Shown here: positions 58,780 to 64,000 of the stretch, in pieces
Position numbering within the stretch: the first letter of the stretch is position 1
Layout: each line of letters begins with the position of its first letter
DNA from: an archaeon GW2011_AR15
GTDB taxonomy: Archaea; Nanobdellota; Nanobdellia; Woesearchaeales; GW2011-AR15
Length of the DNA: 64,000 bases
NCBI GenBank assembly: GCA_000830295.1
Contig: CP010425.1
Span: 128,001 to 192,000, forward strand
Direction of reading: 5' to 3'
Notes under the pieces: generated by a model
Seen by the model: only the letters and a program-made list of their open reading frames with translations
Database searches by the model: none
Told to the model about the DNA's origin: nothing
Program-made: the position numbers and the translations under genes

Positions 58780-59211
58780 ATGGACAAGAAAACAAAGTTC
58801 AGAGAAGAGACTTCATCTGGAGTTATTATCTTCCATAATGATAAGTATCTGCTTCTCCAGTATTCAAAAGGCCACTGGGATTTCCCGAAGGGCCATGTTG
58901 AGAAAAATGAATCATTAGAGGAGACTGCCGTCAGGGAGACAAAAGAAGAGACAAACCTTGACGTGGAAATAATCCCGGAGTTTAAAGAAGAAATCTCCTA
59001 TAAATTCAGGGACCGGGATAAGAAGCTCATAAAGAAAAAAGTGTATTTTTTCGCCGGAAAGCCGTTAAATGATGATGTAAGGCTCTCCTTTGAGCATAAG
59101 AGCTACGGATGGTTCCAGTATGAGAAAGCTATTGAGAAGCTGACATACAAAAATGCCAAGAAAATACTGGAGAAAGCGCACAAATTTATCCTTTCTTTGC
59201 CTTATCGCTGA
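58780..59211 (+). CDS. NUDIX hydrolase (Ap4A hydrolase-like)
   Basis: WDFPKGHVE..E..EETAVRETKEET Nudix box. Confidence 0.93.
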   Translation: MDKKTKFREETSSGVIIFHNDKYLLLQYSKGHWDFPKGHVEKNESLEETAVRETKEETNLDVEIIPEFKEEISYKFRDRDKKLIKKKVYFFAGKPLNDDVRLSFEHKSYGWFQYEKAIEKLTYKNAKKILEKAHKFILSLPYR

Positions 59212-59704
59212 TGATTGCTGAATTTCCTGTGGGGTCTTCTATCACCAAGGTTATTTTCTCCCTGCCCCATAACACCCTCTGTATCTTCTTCAGCTGGTTC
59301 TTTGCCTTTCTTCTTATGGCAGGATCCTCATCATCCTTTTTCGCTTCAATGACATTTTTTATCCTGCTCAGGATTCCCTCCACATTTGTTATGTAGCCGC
59401 TTGACATTGGGCCCGGAGAGATGTCAGCAAGCCTTGGTATCCTGACTGTAGCCTGGCTGGACTTCACTACCTTTATATTCAGGTCATTTTCCGATTCAAT
59501 TTCAAGAGTATATTTTACCGGCTCGTTGTTATTGCTGTCGGTTTCTACATCAGCCATATGGTAGTCGCATTCATTGCAGTCCATGGAAAAGATATAGCAA
59601 AGCCCGAAAAATGGTATTTCCCTGCTCATTTCCCTTAGAGTAAGGCTGTTTTTGCCGCATACCGGGCATGGCTGGCCTTCCAGCACCTCAGAATCATTTT
59701 CCAT
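59186..59704 (-). CDS. ZPR1 zinc-finger protein
   Basis: CPVC, IPFFG, CNEC, NVEG and DPTGNS motifs. Confidence 0.93.
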   Translation of the reverse strand: MENDSEVLEGQPCPVCGKNSLTLREMSREIPFFGLCYIFSMDCNECDYHMADVETDSNNNEPVKYTLEIESENDLNIKVVKSSQATVRIPRLADISPGPMSSGYITNVEGILSRIKNVIEAKKDDEDPAIRRKAKNQLKKIQRVLWGREKITLVIEDPTGNSAIISDKAKKG

Positions 59705-59788
59705 AGCCCAAAAAAATTCAACTATCCTTTTAAAGTTTTTTATTCGCCTAACAAAAAGTTTTTAAATCAACATCAAATTCAGAACCAC

Positions 59789-60583
59789 ATGGCTACAGAA
59801 AAGGTAGATGTCCTGGTTGAAGGAGGCAAAGCAACTGCTGCACCTCCATTAGGACCAGCTCTTGGACCAATGGGAGTCAACATAGGCCAGGTTGTCTTGG
59901 AGATCAACAAAAAGACACAGGATTTCAAGGGAATGTCAGTCCCTGTAACAGTTACAATAGACAAAGCCACAAAAGCATTCACTATTTCTGTCGGAACTCC
60001 TCCTGCATCACAGCTTATAATAAAAGAGGCAGGCATTCCAAAAGGCTCAGGTAACCCCAACACTGATTATGTTGCAGACCTCAAGATGGAGCAGATAATC
60101 AAGATATCACAGATGAAAAAAGATTCTCTCCTGGGAAAAACAAACAAGGACAGAGTAAAAGAAGTTATGGGAACATGCCAGTCCATGGGGATCATGGTGG
60201 AAGGAAAGCCTGCCAAGGAAACATTTAAAGAACTTCTTACAGGAAAATACGATAAGAAAATTCAGGAAGGAAAGACAGAGCTTAGTGCAGAAGAGCTTAA
60301 AGAGCTGGAAGAAGAGAGGAAAAAGCTTCAGAAGGAGCTACAGGAGAAGCGTGAAGAGTTCATGGCCAAGGCTAAGAAAGTTATGGACGCTAATGTCGGA
60401 AAAGAGAGAAAAGAGCTTGTTGCCCTGATGACAGAAGCCGGCCTGCCAATCCAGATAATCAATGAAGTTCTTCCTGAAGAGGAAAAGAAACCTGAAGCCG
60501 GAGGCGCTCCTGGTACTGGTGCAGGTCCTGCCAAAGAAGCTGCCAAGCCTGCTGCTGGCGCCAAAGAGCCTGCCAAGAAATAA
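59789..60583 (+). CDS. rpl11: 50S ribosomal protein uL11 with long C-terminal extension
   Basis: GGKAT.APPLGPALGP, PPAS and GTCQSMG motifs. Confidence 0.96.
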   Translation: MATEKVDVLVEGGKATAAPPLGPALGPMGVNIGQVVLEINKKTQDFKGMSVPVTVTIDKATKAFTISVGTPPASQLIIKEAGIPKGSGNPNTDYVADLKMEQIIKISQMKKDSLLGKTNKDRVKEVMGTCQSMGIMVEGKPAKETFKELLTGKYDKKIQEGKTELSAEELKELEEERKKLQKELQEKREEFMAKAKKVMDANVGKERKELVALMTEAGLPIQIINEVLPEEEKKPEAGGAPGTGAGPAKEAAKPAAGAKEPAKK

Positions 60584-60584
60584 A

Positions 60585-61037
60585 TTATTTTCTAAACCCT
60601 TCTTTTACTGATTTCATAACCAAGCCTATTGAATAGCTTATAACCGGAACTGATGCAAGAAACAGAAAGGGCTGATAAAATGCCATTGTTGCAATCTTAA
60701 ACGAGACAGCACCTATAGCAAGGCCAGATATTCCGCTCACGACTGCCTTCCTCTTATCGCTAATATGGTACACCCTTTTCACATCTGAGGATAGTATTTG
60801 CTCAAGTCTGTGCTTTTCATCTCCATTCTCAAGATAAAACCCGGTGTAATCCTCTATATTACCATATCTTAGAAACCCTTCTTTCTCTGACACCCTGACC
60901 CATCTGTCCAGGCTTTTATTCAGTGAAATAGAGTCTGAGATAGCATGATAAGCATCATAGCCGAATTTCACAGTGCCAACCATGGATTCTGCAAGAGCAT
61001 CAATGCTCAGCGGATCCTCTTCATCCATAGAACTCAT
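60585..61037 (-). CDS. Hypothetical protein with two C-terminal TM
   Basis: Hydrophobic C-terminus. Confidence 0.6.
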   Translation of the reverse strand: MSSMDEEDPLSIDALAESMVGTVKFGYDAYHAISDSISLNKSLDRWVRVSEKEGFLRYGNIEDYTGFYLENGDEKHRLEQILSSDVKRVYHISDKRKAVVSGISGLAIGAVSFKIATMAFYQPFLFLASVPVISYSIGLVMKSVKEGFRK

Positions 61038-61042
61038 TAATG

Positions 61043-61375
61043 TTACTCATTATATATAAAAACACTCTTTTCGTCTCTTGCCAGCTGGTTGAATCTCATC
61101 AGAAGTATATCATAGACGAATCTTATTTCTGTCTCATTAAATACAAGGTTAAGCACTTCCTCATACTCGTCCTGTTTATACTCAAGAATTACTTTTTCCC
61201 TGCCCTGGCTGAAAATATAGCTCCTGAATGTCTGCTCCTTGCTTGTCAGGGCCAGAAGAGGCATCTTCGAAAAGCCGATATTCATTAAGTAGGTCTGCGC
61301 CTCCTTGTACATGCTGCTTAAGCTGGACCCTGTGCTTTTAACTGCCTTCACTGAAATTTGCTTCGCCATTGGCAT
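61043..61375 (-). CDS. Hypothetical protein
   Basis: ORF with upstream TATA. Confidence 0.55.
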   Translation of the reverse strand: MPMAKQISVKAVKSTGSSLSSMYKEAQTYLMNIGFSKMPLLALTSKEQTFRSYIFSQGREKVILEYKQDEYEEVLNLVFNETEIRFVYDILLMRFNQLARDEKSVFIYNE

Positions 61376-61467
61376 GATTATAGCTAACTAGTATATAAAT
61401 CTTTTTAATTTTACTACTATGCAGTGGTTTAGAAAAGTATATATAGTTTTCAGGCTGAAATATCGTC

Positions 61468-61734
61468 ATGAAGAAGCAGAATAAGAAGCATAATCTTCTT
61501 AATGGCCAGAAAGTCGGACTTGCTTTGGGTTTGATATCCGGGATTTATTTCGGGCTTCTCGGTCTGACAGCAACCTATCTAAACTGGGGTTCTGCTCTTG
61601 TCAGGACTTTAGGATCAGTTTATATCGGGTATGATGTTTCCCTGAAAGGCGCGCTTATAGGCGTATTGTGGGGATTCCTGGATGCATTTATTATAGGGTA
61701 TTTGTTCTGCTGGGTGTACAATAAGCTTAATTAA
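61468..61734 (+). CDS. Small two-TM membrane protein
   Basis: GLALG...Y.GY...GALIG..WGFLDAF...YNKL. Confidence 0.7.
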   Translation: MKKQNKKHNLLNGQKVGLALGLISGIYFGLLGLTATYLNWGSALVRTLGSVYIGYDVSLKGALIGVLWGFLDAFIIGYLFCWVYNKLN

Positions 61735-61749
61735 TTATCTTCTAGAAAG

Positions 61750-62337
61750 TCAGGCTATCAAAGCAACAAGCGGTCTGGCAAGTGTGAGATAGTATAATAT
61801 CAGCATAGCAAACTCAACACCATCTTCTGTAATAAGCTCTGCTATTGGTGTTCCTGCACCCATTCCAAGGACCATTGTTGCAATTGCCTGGAATACTGCA
61901 AGGCCAAGGCCAAGAGTGACTATAGGGACTCCTGTAAGCAGTGAAGCAATGAGACAATTTACTATATATACAGCTCCCGTAATTATCATCTCCACATCAG
62001 CATGACCTGCCAGCACTTCTGCCAACACATGGGCTATCAGGACCATAAATATCCCATACTTGAATCCAAGCGTATAGCTGAATATGACTGCAAGGAAAGA
62101 AACATGGCCAAGGTGAAGGTGGATATTTGAAACATGGATAAAATAGTTTAGAACGGCTGCAGCTGCTGCTATTATAATGAATAGGATAAATGCCTTAAAG
62201 CCGAGGAGCAAAAGAAGGACCAGCACCGCTGCTATCACCATAACCACCTGCTTATTCTGCAGCTGCTGCATTAATCCTGTGCTTTTTTTCCTGGTTTGGC
62301 TATGCATGCGCCTCTGGTGAGTATGTTTAGCCTGCAT
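61750..62337 (-). CDS. Multi-pass membrane protein, His-rich, paralogue of 40096-40644
   Basis: HVSNIHLHLGHVSFL motif; about 6 TM. Confidence 0.75.
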   Translation of the reverse strand: MQAKHTHQRRMHSQTRKKSTGLMQQLQNKQVVMVIAAVLVLLLLLGFKAFILFIIIAAAAAVLNYFIHVSNIHLHLGHVSFLAVIFSYTLGFKYGIFMVLIAHVLAEVLAGHADVEMIITGAVYIVNCLIASLLTGVPIVTLGLGLAVFQAIATMVLGMGAGTPIAELITEDGVEFAMLILYYLTLARPLVALIA

Positions 62338-62340
62338 TTA

Positions 62341-62356
62341 GTTTGGGAGTCCGAAC
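62341..62356. promoter_or_regulatory. Putative DtxR-type operator, copy 2
   Basis: Minus strand GTTCGG-ACTC-CCAAAC between the TATA box and the start codon. Confidence 0.6.
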
Positions 62357-62376
62357 TTTCATTTAAATATTTCGAT

Positions 62377-62790
62377 TTAAAGACCTTTTTCCATCAGCTT
62401 GAGAAGTATATTCAGCTTTGCTATTGACTCATCAGAAAATGCATGTTCAAGGTTGCAGGCCTCATCATGCACTGTTTCAGGAGATATCTTCAGTATGTCC
62501 TTCAGGAAATGCTTTATTACGAGATATTTCCTCACGACATTTTTTGCATGCTCCAGCCCTTTATCAGTCAAAGTTATTTTTCCATAAGACTCGTATTGTA
62601 TATATCCTTCATCAACAAGCTTCTTCAGCATCTCTGAAACTGAGCCTTTGGATATCCCGAGCTCTTTCACCACATCGACCGGCTTCGGGTCTTCCCCAGT
62701 CTCCTCTTTCAGAAGAAATATTATCTTAAGATACATCTCTGTAGAAATCTTATGCTTCTGCTCAACATGGAGTTTCTCTGGATTGGTCAT
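62377..62790 (-). CDS. DtxR/MntR family metal-dependent repressor
   Basis: EMYLKII, SVSEMLKKL, LTDKG and EACNLEH motifs. Confidence 0.93.
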   Translation of the reverse strand: MTNPEKLHVEQKHKISTEMYLKIIFLLKEETGEDPKPVDVVKELGISKGSVSEMLKKLVDEGYIQYESYGKITLTDKGLEHAKNVVRKYLVIKHFLKDILKISPETVHDEACNLEHAFSDESIAKLNILLKLMEKGL

Positions 62791-63155
62791 TTATATTTCT
62801 CCGGATCGATCCCAATTGCCTTTATGCTGCACTCCTGCAGCACCTGTATCCTTTTTTTCTTCAGCTTTCTTATTATCTCGTCGCTTTCAGAACCTGGATT
62901 AAGATAGACTTTCTTTATCTTCTTCTTTATTATGTCATCGGCAACTTTTATCCCAAGCGCGGGCGGGAGGTATATTGATGCCGCATCAATATCAAGCGGA
63001 ATCTCAAAAACCGAGTTATAGCATGCCAGCCCTTCAATTTCTCTCTCATTCGGATTTACTGGAAAGACAACATGGTGGTTTTCCTTATATGCCCTTACTG
63101 CCTTGTTGCTAAATTTTTCCCTGTTCTTTGAAGCCCCTATAATTGCTATCCTCAT
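62787..63155 (-). CDS. CoA-binding domain protein
   Basis: IAIIGAS, PVNP, NPG and EC motifs. Confidence 0.9.
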   Translation of the reverse strand: MRIAIIGASKNREKFSNKAVRAYKENHHVVFPVNPNEREIEGLACYNSVFEIPLDIDAASIYLPPALGIKVADDIIKKKIKKVYLNPGSESDEIIRKLKKKRIQVLQECSIKAIGIDPEKYK

Positions 63156-63199
63156 TATGTGGCGAAGGTTGCGAGCATTATTAAATCTTTTCTATAAGT

Positions 63200-64000
63200 C
63201 TATAGATTTCCTCTTAGTTTTTCAGCTGCAAGTATCCTGCTTATTGCAAGTATGTATGCTCCTGTCCTCATTGTTGTTTTGTATTTCTTAGCTGAATCAA
63301 AGATATCCCTTGCGGATTTTACCATTATTCTCTCCAGCTTTTCAAGTATTTCAGGCTCTTCCCAGTAATAGCTGTAAAGGTTCTGGACCCATTCGAAATA
63401 GCTTACAGTGACTCCGCCGGCATTTGCCAGTACATCAGGAAGCACTGCTGTCTTTTTCTTTGCAAGTATATCATCTGCTTCCGGTGTCAGCGGACCGTTT
63501 GCCAGCTCAAGTATGACTTTGGCTTTTATCCTGTCTGCGTTTTCTTTTGTGATCTGGTTTTCAAGAGCAGCGGGCACAAGGATATCCACATCAAGCTCAA
63601 GCAGCTGCTCATTGGAAATCTCAGCTGCAAACCCTTTTACAGCCCCTGTTTTTTCTTTATGCTCCAGCAATGATTTTATATTGAGGCCGTTTTTATCATA
63701 AACCCCTCCCCTGCTGTCGCTCACTGCAACAATCTTATATCCCCAGCCTTCAAGTATTTCCGCTATATGGCTGCCTGCATTTCCGAATCCCTGCACTGCA
63801 ACAGTTGTTTTTTCAGGGATAATATTGTGAAGCTTTGCGTATTCCCTCAGGACATATGCGCCTCCCTGTGATGTGGCAAATGACCTGCCTTTAGAGCCTC
63901 CAAGCTCAAGAGGCTTTCCTGTTATGACTCCTGGAGAATGCTCCCCTGTGAGCTTCTCATATTCATCCAGCATCCATGCCATTATCTGGGCATTTGTGTA
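63200..64000 (-). CDS. gdhA: Glutamate dehydrogenase (Glu/Leu/Phe/Val family), 3' part
   Basis: TGKP...GGS.GR, QGFGNAG, ELANGP and NAGGVTVSYFEW motifs. Confidence 0.96.
   Translation of the reverse strand, partial: YTNAQIMAWMLDEYEKLTGEHSPGVITGKPLELGGSKGRSFATSQGGAYVLREYAKLHNIIPEKTTVAVQGFGNAGSHIAEILEGWGYKIVAVSDSRGGVYDKNGLNIKSLLEHKEKTGAVKGFAAEISNEQLLELDVDILVPAALENQITKENADRIKAKVILELANGPLTPEADDILAKKKTAVLPDVLANAGGVTVSYFEWVQNLYSYYWEEPEILEKLERIMVKSARDIFDSAKKYKTTMRTGAYILAISRILAAEKLRGNL

Noticed and set aside
61468-61734. Holin-like small membrane protein suggesting a provirus
   Set aside because: No viral genes in the neighbourhood.
142-63701. Many short ORFs antisense to or nested in long genes in the ORF track
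   Set aside because: These are shadow frames of well-supported genes with no motifs or start signals.

Overview
Archaeal chromosomal window, most consistent with a small-genome DPANN (Woesearchaeota-like) organism. This is inferred from TFB, TFS, Rpo4, eL15/eL21/eS6, Dph5, Pth2, NreA, FtsZ, intron-containing tRNAs and TATA/SD signals. Most of 14-64 kb is housekeeping genes mixed with hypothetical genes. The main signal is a divergently transcribed locus at 1-13.9 kb. Its right arm encodes a putative ubiquitin-like conjugation pathway: a GG-R-ending modifier, an E2-like protein, a JAB peptidase, a single-chain tandem-ThiF E1 and two membrane proteins. Its left arm encodes a coiled-coil protein, a divergent AAA+ ATPase and a membrane-anchored protein. 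Other observations are a Cys-less paralogue of the E2-like domain at 47 kb, two tiny insertions that duplicate the 3' ends of tRNA-Val and pth2 and share a conserved end motif, two genes apparently starting at ATC/ATA, a candidate DtxR operator regulon, a two-intron tRNA and unexplained structured intergenic regions. All calls come from reading motifs by eye; no searches were run.
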